Assembly: GCA_964630365.1 (NCBI GenBank)
Contig: CAZVUP010000005.1
Coordinates: forward strand, 1,877-65,876
DNA from: an uncultured Muribaculaceae bacterium
GTDB lineage: Bacteria > Bacillota_I > Bacilli_A > RF39 > UBA660
Length of the DNA stretch: 64,000 nt
Reading direction: 5' to 3'
Below are positions 19,746 to 29,238 of the stretch, piece by piece. Positions within the stretch are counted from its first letter, which is position 1, and every line of letters begins with the position of its first letter. The notes beneath the pieces were generated by a model. The model was not told the DNA's origin, searched no databases, and saw only the letters and a list, made by a program, of their open reading frames with translations. The position numbers were made by a program, and so were the translations under genes.

Positions 19746-20444
19746 TTAATCTTGCATTAATTCTTCTATATAATCGCTTAATGATTCATATTTCTTTTTA
19801 TTTAGTTCATCTAATATAGGATGATGCTTTTTGATAATTCCTCCAGGGAACGCCTTTAGCATTTCATAGTCATTATCATTATCCCCTATTACATATAAAT
19901 CATTATAGTTAAGATGTTCAAGGTTAAATAATTTACGTAGAGCATTTTCTTTATTTACACTTTTATTAATTATATTAATGTGAGTACGACTAGCATATAT
20001 ATGAATACTAATTTTATCTTTCAACAATTTTGTCATCTTATCTTTTTCAATGTCATCATGACAATTTACAACTATCTTTACACAATCATTATAATTGTTT
20101 GTAATATTATAGCCATCATCAAGGTAATAATCACAATTGTTTTCTTCTAGAATTGGTACTGTTTTTTCGATGTCTTTTGGACTTAATAAAATAGTTTCTA
20201 TACAATAATCCATATTATTAAATATTTTTGCACCATCTTCACATATCAAATAGGAATACGGAATATTGTATTTTGTAAGTAACAATTTCAAATCAGTATA
20301 ATTTCTACCAGTAATAATACAAAAAATATTTCCTTTAGATATAAATTTTCTAATGGCATTAGCATTTTTCAAATTTTTTGCTTCATCATCTAAAAAATAC
20401 ATTGTATCATCAAAATCACTAGCTAGAACTTTCATAAGTATCAC
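19746..20444 (-). CDS. HAD-superfamily hydrolase (Cof-like phosphatase)
   Basis: Motif I ASDFDDTM and motif IV GDNDNDYEML, with a cap-domain insertion of the Cof type. Confidence 0.75.
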   Translation of the reverse strand: MILMKVLASDFDDTMYFLDDEAKNLKNANAIRKFISKGNIFCIITGRNYTDLKLLLTKYNIPYSYLICEDGAKIFNNMDYCIETILLSPKDIEKTVPILEENNCDYYLDDGYNITNNYNDCVKIVVNCHDDIEKDKMTKLLKDKISIHIYASRTHINIINKSVNKENALRKLFNLEHLNYNDLYVIGDNDNDYEMLKAFPGGIIKKHHPILDELNKKKYESLSDYIEELMQD

Positions 20445-20612
20445 CCATTTTTAGTATATAATAATTTATACTTTTATGAAAGTATTACTTTATTAATTTT
20501 GAATATGTATTTTAATTGTTAAATAATGATTTTAGCGCAAAATATTTGAATGCTGTATTTAAATATGATAAAGTATATTCATTAATTAAATATTATTTAG
20601 TGAGGTGTTTTT

Positions 20613-21950
20613 ATGGATTTAAAAGAAAAAGCAAAGTTATTTGCGATAAAAGCACATATGGGTCAAATACGCAAAAGTGAACCTGATAAACCAATGATTA
20701 TGCATCCGATTTCTGTTGGGAATTACTTAGAGAGTTTAGGTTGTGATGAAGCAGTTGTTGCCGCTGGATATTTACATGATGTTGTTGAAGATACTAGTTA
20801 TACTATCGAAGATATAAGAAAACATTTTAATGATGATATTGCGGACTTAGTTATGGTTGCTAGCGAACCTGATAAATCATTATCATGGGAAGAAAGAAAA
20901 CTGCATACAATTCAGTCGACAAGATTATTACCATTGAGAAAAAAAATGGTTATTTGTGCTGACAAAATTGATAATTTAGAAGATATAATGCTTAAAATAC
21001 AAAAAAGTGGTGTACGGGATTTTTCAGCATTTAAACGTGGTGAAGAACAACAAAAATGGTATTATACAAGCATGTATGAAAGTTTAATATATGGAGAAGA
21101 TGAAAATTTACCTATATTCAAAAAATTTAAAAGTATAATTGAGGCTGTTTTTGGTGGCTATGAAAATTCATTTTTAAGGGATACAATATTTGCTGGTAAT
21201 GATTTATATTATGAAGAATTAAAAAAATTACATGCTCAAAAATTAGAATTACAAAAATTAAGATCTTTATCTCCTTTAGCTAAACCTTTTGTTATTGAAT
21301 TTTGTGGGACACCTAGAACTGGGAAAACTACTATAATAAATAATTTATATGACTTTTTAAAAAAAGGTAATTTTAATGTCCAAATTATTGAAGAATTTAC
21401 AACTTCGAAGTATTATAGAGAAAATTTAAAAAACAACTTTAAAGAAACTGAATTAAGTATTAGAGATATTGCTATTGTTGAAGAAGTATATAAACAATTA
21501 TTAGAAGCTTTAAATTCTGGAAAAGAAATAATATTGATTGATAGATCTATAAATGATAGACAAATTTGGAACTATCGAAGATATCTAAGGGGTGAAATGT
21601 CTGAGGAACAATATCTTGATCTTAGAGAAAGGTATAGTGCCCTATCTAAAGAATTAATAGATTTTCTAGTAATAACATATGCAGATTCTTTAACTGCACT
21701 AAGAAGAGATTATAATTCAAGTTTAGCTTTGGAAAATAGAAGTTTTTTAAATATTCCAAATTTAGATGAATATAATCAATGTTTAAATGATTTGGAAGCA
21801 TTATTTGAAGGTAGCGTTGATTGTTTAGCCTTTATTGATACTAGTAATGTAGATATGGCAGATGTTTCTATTGATGTTAGTAAAAAAATAATGCCAGAAA
21901 TGAGAAAAAAATATATTAAAAATTTTAAACAAGCTTATAATTTGAAATAG
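20613..21950 (+). CDS. Fusion: SpoT/Mesh1-type HD (alarmone hydrolase-like) domain plus P-loop kinase-like domain
   Basis: N-terminal: AIKAHMGQIRKSEPDKPMIMHPISV...AAGYLHDVVEDT (RelA/SpoT HD_4 signature). C-terminal: Walker A FCGTPRTGKTTIIN, later ILIDRS (dNK/thymidylate-kinase-like DR). Confidence 0.65.
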   Translation: MDLKEKAKLFAIKAHMGQIRKSEPDKPMIMHPISVGNYLESLGCDEAVVAAGYLHDVVEDTSYTIEDIRKHFNDDIADLVMVASEPDKSLSWEERKLHTIQSTRLLPLRKKMVICADKIDNLEDIMLKIQKSGVRDFSAFKRGEEQQKWYYTSMYESLIYGEDENLPIFKKFKSIIEAVFGGYENSFLRDTIFAGNDLYYEELKKLHAQKLELQKLRSLSPLAKPFVIEFCGTPRTGKTTIINNLYDFLKKGNFNVQIIEEFTTSKYYRENLKNNFKETELSIRDIAIVEEVYKQLLEALNSGKEIILIDRSINDRQIWNYRRYLRGEMSEEQYLDLRERYSALSKELIDFLVITYADSLTALRRDYNSSLALENRSFLNIPNLDEYNQCLNDLEALFEGSVDCLAFIDTSNVDMADVSIDVSKKIMPEMRKKYIKNFKQAYNLK

Positions 21951-21973
21951 CTTAATTAGTTATTTTATAGTTT

Positions 21974-22012
21974 AAAAGAGTAGATGTTCTTTTTTAGATA
22001 TCTACTCTTTTT
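21974..22012. terminator. Bidirectional rho-independent terminator between convergent genes
   Basis: AAAAGAGTAGAT ... ATCTACTCTTTTT hairpin flanked by an A-run and a T-run. Confidence 0.7.
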
Positions 22013-22037
22013 ATATCAATTTAATTTAGATATTTAA

Positions 22038-22442
22038 TTATAATGTTTTTGCTTCCTTTTCTTTTTCTAATCTAAGTATTATAGGAACACCGTCTGGATT
22101 TAAATGCCATAAATCTTTTGAATTAGCATATAAAAAGTTTCCATTGGCAACACCTAAAGCTACTAGTTTTTCTACATCTTCTGGTTGCCCCCATTTTGTG
22201 CCATCTTTGTCTTTATCTAGTGCAAGTAATGAAGCACTTCCACTACCAGCCAACTGATTAGTTAGACTGTCAATTGTACTTGAGTGTTCCTCTATTTTAG
22301 TAGAATCAAATACATAATCTTGTTTCAATCCCTCAACCATTTTGTAATTTTCACTTACATTCTCATTATTAATAGTATATAGCTCTACTGAACAGATTGA
22401 AAATATATTATCAACATTAGTTGCTGTTAACTTAATTTCCAA
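22038..22442 (-). CDS. Hypothetical protein (134 aa)
   Basis: ORF with plausible coding composition; no recognised motif. Confidence 0.4.
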   Translation of the reverse strand: MEIKLTATNVDNIFSICSVELYTINNENVSENYKMVEGLKQDYVFDSTKIEEHSSTIDSLTNQLAGSGSASLLALDKDKDGTKWGQPEDVEKLVALGVANGNFLYANSKDLWHLNPDGVPIILRLEKEKEAKTL

Positions 22443-22491
22443 AATATCACCTCTTTCTTTAATAATACCATAAAACTATTTATTAATTATA

Positions 22492-22890
22492 TTATTTATT
22501 TGTTTTCTTTGTTGTTTTAGACTTTTTTAATACAAATGCTGAATGCTTTAAATTTACAGTATCAGTTAATGGTTCTTGCCAATACTCTTCCACACACTCT
22601 AAGTCCTCAGTTTTCTTTACTATATGGCCTGATGCAAGAAATGACAAGAAATCTTCTAGATAATATGTATTTTTTCCATATCCTTTCTCTAGTGATCTTA
22701 ACTCTATCTTATAGCCATCAGCTAATTTATATCTTTCTTCTACTATTATACATTCAACCCATTTTTCACGTGTACTACTAGATGTATACGCTATTGATCC
22801 AAATGGAGTAATAACCCCCTCTATTGGATGCATTAATATAAAGTAATGGGCATTTTTATCAATATTTTCAAATTCTCGCATTAATATCAC
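22492..22890 (-). CDS. Hypothetical protein (132 aa)
   Basis: ORF with a basic C-terminal tail; no recognised motif. Confidence 0.4.
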   Translation of the reverse strand: MILMREFENIDKNAHYFILMHPIEGVITPFGSIAYTSSSTREKWVECIIVEERYKLADGYKIELRSLEKGYGKNTYYLEDFLSFLASGHIVKKTEDLECVEEYWQEPLTDTVNLKHSAFVLKKSKTTKKTNK

Positions 22891-23056
22891 TCCTTATTGG
22901 AATTATATACTAGCATAATTCATAATATTTAGCAACAAAAACACTTTACATAGATTTTTTTCTTGTTAGGAATAATACTTTAGTTATTATAAGCTGGAGC
23001 ATTTCTTTATTTTGTAGTATAATTAGTTAGATATATTTTTAAAGGAGCGTATACAC

Positions 23057-24115
23057 ATGCATAGAAGTACATTTGTTGAGGTTAATTTAAAAAATTTAAA
23101 ATATAATGTTAAATCTTTAATTAATAAGTATAGCAATTATAAATATTATTTTGGTGTTGTTAAAGCTGACTGCTATGGGCATAGTGGATTAGAAACAGTA
23201 AAAACTATAATAGAAGCCGGTTGCAATTATCTTGCTGTTGCAACACTTGATGAGGCGTTAACTATAAGAAATGAAATAAAAGATATCCCTATATTATGTT
23301 TAAGTGTTGTAGATATTAAATTTATTCCAATATGTATAGAAAATAATATTACTATTACAATAAACAGTTATGATTATTTAAAAAATATAGATATTAATAA
23401 TAATAAATTAAAAGTTCATATTAAAATTAATACTGGTATGAATAGACTTGGTGTTAGTACAAAAGAGGAATTCAATATTGTATATGAATTAATAAGAAGA
23501 AAAGATTATGTATTAGAAGGAATATATACTCATATATATAATCCTACTGATGAAGTTGATACTTTAAAGCAGTTTAGAGAATTTGAAAAAATTACTAGTG
23601 ATATTAATTTAGCTGAAATTCCTATAGTACATGTCGGAGCAAGTGAAGCAACAGAACTTTATCCAAAAAGAGATTATGCAAATGGATGTCGATTAGGAAT
23701 TTCGATGTATGGATTAGTTGATTGTTCTGATATTGACTTTAAATCTACATTTAGTTTATATAGTAAAGTAATACAAATAAATGAAGTTGATCATGGAACT
23801 GTAGGATATAATGGTGCCTATAAAGTAAGTGGAAAAGAAAGGATAGCTGTTATTCCAATAGGATATGCTGACGGAATAATTAGAAAAAATACAGGTAGAT
23901 ATGTATATATCAATGATAAAAAATATAAAATAGTTGGTAATATTTGTATGGATATGTTATTTGTCAAAGTCGATGATTCTGTTAATATTGGGGATAAAGT
24001 TACTATTATAAGAGATATTAATCATATTAAAGAAATTGCTAAACATTTAGATACTATAACATATGAGGTAATCTGTTCTATTAGTAAAAGAGTTCCAAGA
24101 GTATATATTAAATAA
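23057..24115 (+). CDS. alr: Alanine racemase
   Basis: PLP-lysine motif GVVKADCYGHSG near the N-terminus and a C-terminal beta domain with ICMDMLFV; AAAGGAG RBS. Confidence 0.88.
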   Translation: MHRSTFVEVNLKNLKYNVKSLINKYSNYKYYFGVVKADCYGHSGLETVKTIIEAGCNYLAVATLDEALTIRNEIKDIPILCLSVVDIKFIPICIENNITITINSYDYLKNIDINNNKLKVHIKINTGMNRLGVSTKEEFNIVYELIRRKDYVLEGIYTHIYNPTDEVDTLKQFREFEKITSDINLAEIPIVHVGASEATELYPKRDYANGCRLGISMYGLVDCSDIDFKSTFSLYSKVIQINEVDHGTVGYNGAYKVSGKERIAVIPIGYADGIIRKNTGRYVYINDKKYKIVGNICMDMLFVKVDDSVNIGDKVTIIRDINHIKEIAKHLDTITYEVICSISKRVPRVYIK

Positions 24116-24116
24116 A

Positions 24117-24146
24117 AATAAAAACTAGTTAGCACTAGTTTTTCTT
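24117..24146. terminator. Bidirectional rho-independent terminator (alr / metallophosphoesterase gene)
   Basis: AAAACTAGT-TAGC-ACTAGTTTT hairpin flanked by A- and T-runs. Confidence 0.7.
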
Positions 24147-25720
24147 TATTTGTAATAAGTTAAAATATTAGATATCTCATTTTTTCTATCACTGGATTTT
24201 TGGATTGAACTAAGTATATTATGATATTCTTTATCACTTATAATGATGCGTAAGGCTTCTCCTAAAGATTTATTCATCCCAACAAAAGTTGGAACTTCAA
24301 TTTCTCTTTTTGCTAAGACTAATTCAGATTCTTTTGTTCTTTTAGAACTTTCATAAAAATATATATTTCTTAATAAAAATCTAATTAACATATTCTGTAA
24401 TTTTTCAATATCTATTTGAGAAGAGATGTCAACGCTTTCAATAATTCTATTTAGTTTTTTCAGTGCTAATATTTTCTTTTCATTATCTGTTTCGTAAATA
24501 TATTGTAAAAAGCAATTAATAATATCAGCTAATATATTAGTGGTTTGAATGCTAAATTTTGGATATCTAATTGATTCTGGATTATCTAGTCCAATTTTTG
24601 TAGCATATTTTTCTATTAGCGATTCCCCACTTGTCACTATAAAGTCATCTGATTTATAAAAGTCAGTAAGTAATATATTCATATCTAGATATCCTTTAAA
24701 TCTATTTTTCTTTGTAGCATAGATAAATGACAATATACAAATAAAATCTATCTTTTTATAAAAATCTGGATTAAATCCCTCTACTTGAACCAATTTTTCA
24801 TAAATCTCATTACTAAATTTTTTAAATAAATTTCTATTAGTTCCAACAGATTTTTTAGGATCAAATAGCTTAGTAACATCTAAGTCTGATGGATTAAAGA
24901 TTGTGTCATATTTTTTATTTAACATAAGTGATCCAAAAACTACAATTTCATTCTTGTATGGTGTTAATAATTCTAAAAGAACAGTATATAAATAGTCTGT
25001 AACTATTTTACTTTCTTGAAAGTGATTAAATTTACGCATTATCTCATGTAAAATTTCAAAAAACTCTTCTCCCAAAAATGGTTTATTGTTATTATTATAT
25101 CCTAAATATGATTTTGTTCTGCCAACTAATATCGGCCTATAATCAACCTGCTCACAAGCAACATTTTTTTCTCTTTCACCATTATTTATTAAAGTATGTT
25201 GATGGCCATGAAAATTTATCCCTGAATCTGAGTTTCTAAACTCTTCACACAAGAACTTATATAATATTGTATTAGGATGTTCATTACTTTCAACAGAAGC
25301 ATTTAATGGATAGTGAGAATAATAGTCACCATTAAATTTTACCGGAAAAAGAAATACATCTTCAAAGCCTGCTCTTAAATATATATCAGGCTTAGTTGAT
25401 ACTTCATGATTACCCATGATTAAAAACTTATGTCCATTAAGTTTTGAGACTAACTCCGCTAATCTTTCGCTTCCTACCTTAAAAGAAAAGTCTCCTAACA
25501 TAATGACAATATCATCTTCACCAACTACTTCATTGTGATTTGAAATAATATAGTCATTCATTGTTCTTAATGAAAGATCTAAATCAGTAGAGTTAAATAA
25601 TTCACTTCTTGTATGGCCGATTATATTCTTGTGGTCAAAATGTTGGTCACTTATAACAAAGACCTTTCTATCAGGATATTTACGTGCCAAAGTACTTGAA
25701 ATATCTTTAAAGTATCCCAT
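24146..25720 (-). CDS. Fusion: calcineurin-like metallophosphoesterase (N-terminal) plus Pol-beta-type nucleotidyltransferase-like domain, with a helical C-terminus
   Basis: MPE motifs VISDQHFDH, LGDFSF, GNHE, and HGHQH. Downstream: VVFGSLMLNKKYDTIFNPSDLDV (G-S...D-x-D) and YLDMNI (third acidic residue), as in minimal NTases. Confidence 0.6.
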   Translation of the reverse strand: MGYFKDISSTLARKYPDRKVFVISDQHFDHKNIIGHTRSELFNSTDLDLSLRTMNDYIISNHNEVVGEDDIVIMLGDFSFKVGSERLAELVSKLNGHKFLIMGNHEVSTKPDIYLRAGFEDVFLFPVKFNGDYYSHYPLNASVESNEHPNTILYKFLCEEFRNSDSGINFHGHQHTLINNGEREKNVACEQVDYRPILVGRTKSYLGYNNNNKPFLGEEFFEILHEIMRKFNHFQESKIVTDYLYTVLLELLTPYKNEIVVFGSLMLNKKYDTIFNPSDLDVTKLFDPKKSVGTNRNLFKKFSNEIYEKLVQVEGFNPDFYKKIDFICILSFIYATKKNRFKGYLDMNILLTDFYKSDDFIVTSGESLIEKYATKIGLDNPESIRYPKFSIQTTNILADIINCFLQYIYETDNEKKILALKKLNRIIESVDISSQIDIEKLQNMLIRFLLRNIYFYESSKRTKESELVLAKREIEVPTFVGMNKSLGEALRIIISDKEYHNILSSIQKSSDRKNEISNILTYYK

Positions 25721-25747
25721 ACCATAATCCCCCTAAATAGTGGCTAA

Positions 25748-25776
25748 ATTATACCAAAAAAATTGTATTTTGTCAA
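25748..25776 (-). promoter_or_regulatory. Consensus sigma-A-type promoter for the metallophosphoesterase-NTase gene
   Basis: Minus strand reads TTGACA (25776-25771), a 17-nt spacer, then TATAAT (25753-25748). Both hexamers match the consensus perfectly. Confidence 0.7.
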
Positions 25777-25807
25777 TTATGTAAACATGGGACAGTACTA
25801 ATGTAAA

Positions 25808-26518
25808 TTAATAATTTAATATCCATTCTATAATTAATTTTTTTATTTCATAATATTCTTGTTCTTCAAATTGCATATTTGCTATACAAAATCTTTTAGA
25901 TACTATATGTGAGCAAAACATACACTCATACAAATCAAAGCAATCCTGAATAAATAATGAATTACTTACTTTATTAGAACAAATAACATTATAACTATTA
26001 CTACAATCCTTAGAGTCGTCGCATCTAATACAGAAATTACAAGTACCAGATCTCTTTGATGCTAGTAAAAATTCACTATTACCACATGAATCACAATAAA
26101 TTATATTTTTAGAATCACTACAACCAGTACTTCTATAAACATTTTCACATCTATAAATAGTATCACTTTTTATTACATTAATAGAATCATAAACTCTTTC
26201 TGTTGTAGTTAAGTTAATCATATTCCATATATCAATTAATTCTTGTAGATTATTTATTTCTTTTTTAGGGATCATCCACCCTGTTTTTTTATCTTTCTTT
26301 TCCATATTTTTATTTGTTATAAATCTACCACTATTAATTGAATCAGCCCAAGTTATTTCATTTGTTGTTGAGTCATTTACTTGCTTAGGTAACTTAACAT
26401 CAAAGGCAAACTTTTCTAATAAAGTATCTATAGAAAAACTGTTTTCTCTTTCAAAAATACTTTTAAATATTTTATTAACAATTTCTAATGCGTATACATC
26501 ATTCATTTTTTCATACAC
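25808..26518 (-). CDS. Cysteine-rich protein of unknown function (236 aa)
   Basis: 13 Cys within about the last 100 aa, in short quasi-repeats (YCDSCGNS, CNFCIRCDDSKDCSNS, ECMFCSH). The start overlaps the upstream ATPase gene by 8 nt. Confidence 0.55.
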   Translation of the reverse strand: MYEKMNDVYALEIVNKIFKSIFERENSFSIDTLLEKFAFDVKLPKQVNDSTTNEITWADSINSGRFITNKNMEKKDKKTGWMIPKKEINNLQELIDIWNMINLTTTERVYDSINVIKSDTIYRCENVYRSTGCSDSKNIIYCDSCGNSEFLLASKRSGTCNFCIRCDDSKDCSNSYNVICSNKVSNSLFIQDCFDLYECMFCSHIVSKRFCIANMQFEEQEYYEIKKLIIEWILNY

Positions 26519-28367
26519 CTTCCTTATTGGTTGAATTAGATATTAAAATGTCTTTTAAATTTATATTACTATTTAACTTAAAACTAGCTTTAGAGTCATT
26601 GAATTTATTTTCTTTATTTCTATTTGTATTAGTATTCGTAATGTTTCTTTTAATTCTAGGAATACTTCGATAATCCAATGTATTCCCTTTAAATGCTGGT
26701 AGTAATATACCATTAGAATCTATTCTAGCAATGCATTCACGTGGTTGAAGTTCAGTTAATAATTTTATTTTTCTATCCTTAGAATCATCCAATGGTATTT
26801 TCATGTTAAAATTATCTACTAATATGTTAGCATCTAATTTTGATACTCTAAAGACGAAGTAGTTGATGACATTAGCAAATACAGAATCTTTTAATTTATC
26901 AGATATTTGATTAAAATATTGACTTGCTAATACTAAAGATAAATTATATTTGCGGGCTTCTGATAAAAATCTTGCTAAAATTGGATTTTCTACAACAGCA
27001 ACTTCATCAATAATAAATATAATATGTTGATTAATTGTTTTTTTCCCTATTATAGTTAATAATTGTTGCATTATTAATCCAGATATAGTTTTAGTAACTT
27101 TATCGCCTAGATTTGTTCTGTCTAGGGAGAATAAAGTTAAGAAATTTTCATGTATAGTATCAGTTAAATTTTTCTCATTTTGTTCTGAATTAAATACCGG
27201 TATCATTTCCATTTCATCTATAAAAGCTATGATTGGAGAGATAGCTTCACCATAAGACTTAGTTTTTAAATCATTGAAGTCTGAAAGAAAGAAATCTTTT
27301 ACACTAATTGGCAAGTCATATTTTAACTTTTTTAGTAGACTATTTCTATATTCTAAATCAAGGATTAATCTTCTTAAATTTCTGAAATTAAATGATTCAT
27401 TAATTAATAATAAGTATATAGCATGTCTTAAAACTCTTTCTAATTTTGAATTATATTGATCAGCAATTAATGATTTTAATAAATCTAATAAGAGTTCTGT
27501 TGATGCAACAACGTCTTCACTACTATTAATAAATAAATTAATACTGTCTAGACTACTTTTAAAATCAATAACCTTCCCTATACCACCTATGTCTTCTTCT
27601 AGTGCAGCATGTGGGTCAATAACTACTACTCTATATTTTGATTTGAGACTTTCATTTTTACTAATATTGTTAATTAGTAAACTGATGAATTTAGATTTAC
27701 CACATCCAGAGGAGCCTATTATAATTGAATGCTTATCAAAACTAAAATTATTCTGATTTAAATAAAACTTTCCTTGTAAATATGGAAATGTATCAACAGA
27801 TAATAAAGCATTATTAGAGTCAGTATTTAATAAGTGCAATATTTTATTTATCTCTAAGTATTTAGGTGGACTCTTATAAAAATATCTTTTATTCCCTTCA
27901 AAGTCTACCGATAATATACTTTTGGGAATAGTAAATAAACAATTATATTTTTTTATTTTATTGTTTTTAAGAAGATAAAAACTGACTTTTGATAAAATCT
28001 TATTTTCATATATTTTAAGAAATATAATTTCAAGGTATTTAAAAGCACCTTTATTTTTCACTTCACTATAGTTTATTATATCTATGATACTACTACCAAC
28101 TTTGGGTAAAGAAATTAATGTGCAAACTTGTTTAGGTTTTTTAATTCTTTTTACAGGTTTTAATAAGAAAGAATTTAAATTATTTATTGTCGATGGTAAA
28201 CTACAATTTGTTTCAACAAAATATCTTAGTTGATTTTTGTCATTTATGATAGTTATTTGCCAGTTTCTTAAAATGCCATTATAGTTTGATATAGTCTTAA
28301 TTAACTCTAACCATTCTTCTTTAGAGATATATTTCTTTGTCAAATATATTTCTGACGTTAACTCCAT
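26511..28367 (-). CDS. HerA/FtsK-superfamily P-loop ATPase (DUF87-like)
   Basis: Walker A IIIGSSGCGKSKF, VVVIDPHAALEE (compare HerA iDPhGEY), Walker B IIFIIDEVAVV, and LVLASQ, with an approximately 210-aa N-terminal beta-rich domain. Confidence 0.7.
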   Translation of the reverse strand: MELTSEIYLTKKYISKEEWLELIKTISNYNGILRNWQITIINDKNQLRYFVETNCSLPSTINNLNSFLLKPVKRIKKPKQVCTLISLPKVGSSIIDIINYSEVKNKGAFKYLEIIFLKIYENKILSKVSFYLLKNNKIKKYNCLFTIPKSILSVDFEGNKRYFYKSPPKYLEINKILHLLNTDSNNALLSVDTFPYLQGKFYLNQNNFSFDKHSIIIGSSGCGKSKFISLLINNISKNESLKSKYRVVVIDPHAALEEDIGGIGKVIDFKSSLDSINLFINSSEDVVASTELLLDLLKSLIADQYNSKLERVLRHAIYLLLINESFNFRNLRRLILDLEYRNSLLKKLKYDLPISVKDFFLSDFNDLKTKSYGEAISPIIAFIDEMEMIPVFNSEQNEKNLTDTIHENFLTLFSLDRTNLGDKVTKTISGLIMQQLLTIIGKKTINQHIIFIIDEVAVVENPILARFLSEARKYNLSLVLASQYFNQISDKLKDSVFANVINYFVFRVSKLDANILVDNFNMKIPLDDSKDRKIKLLTELQPRECIARIDSNGILLPAFKGNTLDYRSIPRIKRNITNTNTNRNKENKFNDSKASFKLNSNINLKDILISNSTNKEGV

Positions 28368-28402
28368 AATCCGTCACCTCGTAATAAAATATATCAAAAA
28401 TT

Positions 28403-28437
28403 GAAAATAAAAAACTGACTTTTTAATAATCAGTTTT
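28403..28437 (-). terminator. Rho-independent terminator after the AraC-family gene
   Basis: AAACTGA ... TCAGTTT hairpin followed on the minus strand by TTTTTTATTTT. It separates the AraC gene from the ATPase operon. Confidence 0.6.
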
Positions 28438-28443
28438 GTCAGT

Positions 28444-29238
28444 TTAAAAAATTGCAACTAAGAAATCTGTTATACCATCATGATAGTGTTCTAATTCAGG
28501 TATTTCTTTTAAATTATATTTGACTGATGGTAGAAATTCACCATAAAATTTATGGGATACTTCTTGGATATCTTTTGCATCTTGAGAATTAATTCTAAAT
28601 CTTAACCATTTACTTTTAGGTATTTTAATGTGCTCAAATTCCATAATTTCTTTATCATATAAACAGTAATATTTTTGACTTTCTTCGCGCTCAACATCAT
28701 AAGTAATCATGCCATATTGAATTCTACCATATTTATTTAGATATTTATCTTCGGTTATTTTAAAAAAGTTTGGAGCATCTTCACTAATTTTATCATTGCT
28801 TGTGGTAATACCTACTCCATATAAATTAATTTCATCAAGTGTAACTATTTCATAATCTAATTCCGTAGCAATACTTATGTCTTCATTAAAAACAATTCTA
28901 GGAAAATTTTTTAATTTAGTTTCAGTAGTGACTAGACTTGGTTTGATGCCATGAAACCGCTCAAATGCTCGTGAAAATGATGTAGCATTATCATATTGAT
29001 ATTTAACAGCAACATCTATCACTTTTAATTTACCTTCGTATAGGTCAAATCCTGCATTAGATAATCTTCTTTTTCTAATATATTCTGAGAGTGAAATACC
29101 CGCTATCATAGTAAATAATCTTTGCATAGTATAAACATTTACTCCTAACATTTTTGCTAGAATCTCATAACTAATTTCTTCTTCCAGATTATTATCAATA
29201 TACTCAGTTATTTCATTTAAACTTTTATAGATATTCAA
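28444..29238 (-). CDS. AraC-family transcriptional regulator with GyrI-like effector-binding domain
   Basis: N-terminal double HTH (LAKMLGVNVYTMQRLF...YDNATSFSRAFERFHGIKPS) and a C-terminal GyrI/SOUL-like domain. Confidence 0.8.
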   Translation of the reverse strand: MNIYKSLNEITEYIDNNLEEEISYEILAKMLGVNVYTMQRLFTMIAGISLSEYIRKRRLSNAGFDLYEGKLKVIDVAVKYQYDNATSFSRAFERFHGIKPSLVTTETKLKNFPRIVFNEDISIATELDYEIVTLDEINLYGVGITTSNDKISEDAPNFFKITEDKYLNKYGRIQYGMITYDVEREESQKYYCLYDKEIMEFEHIKIPKSKWLRFRINSQDAKDIQEVSHKFYGEFLPSVKYNLKEIPELEHYHDGITDFLVAIF

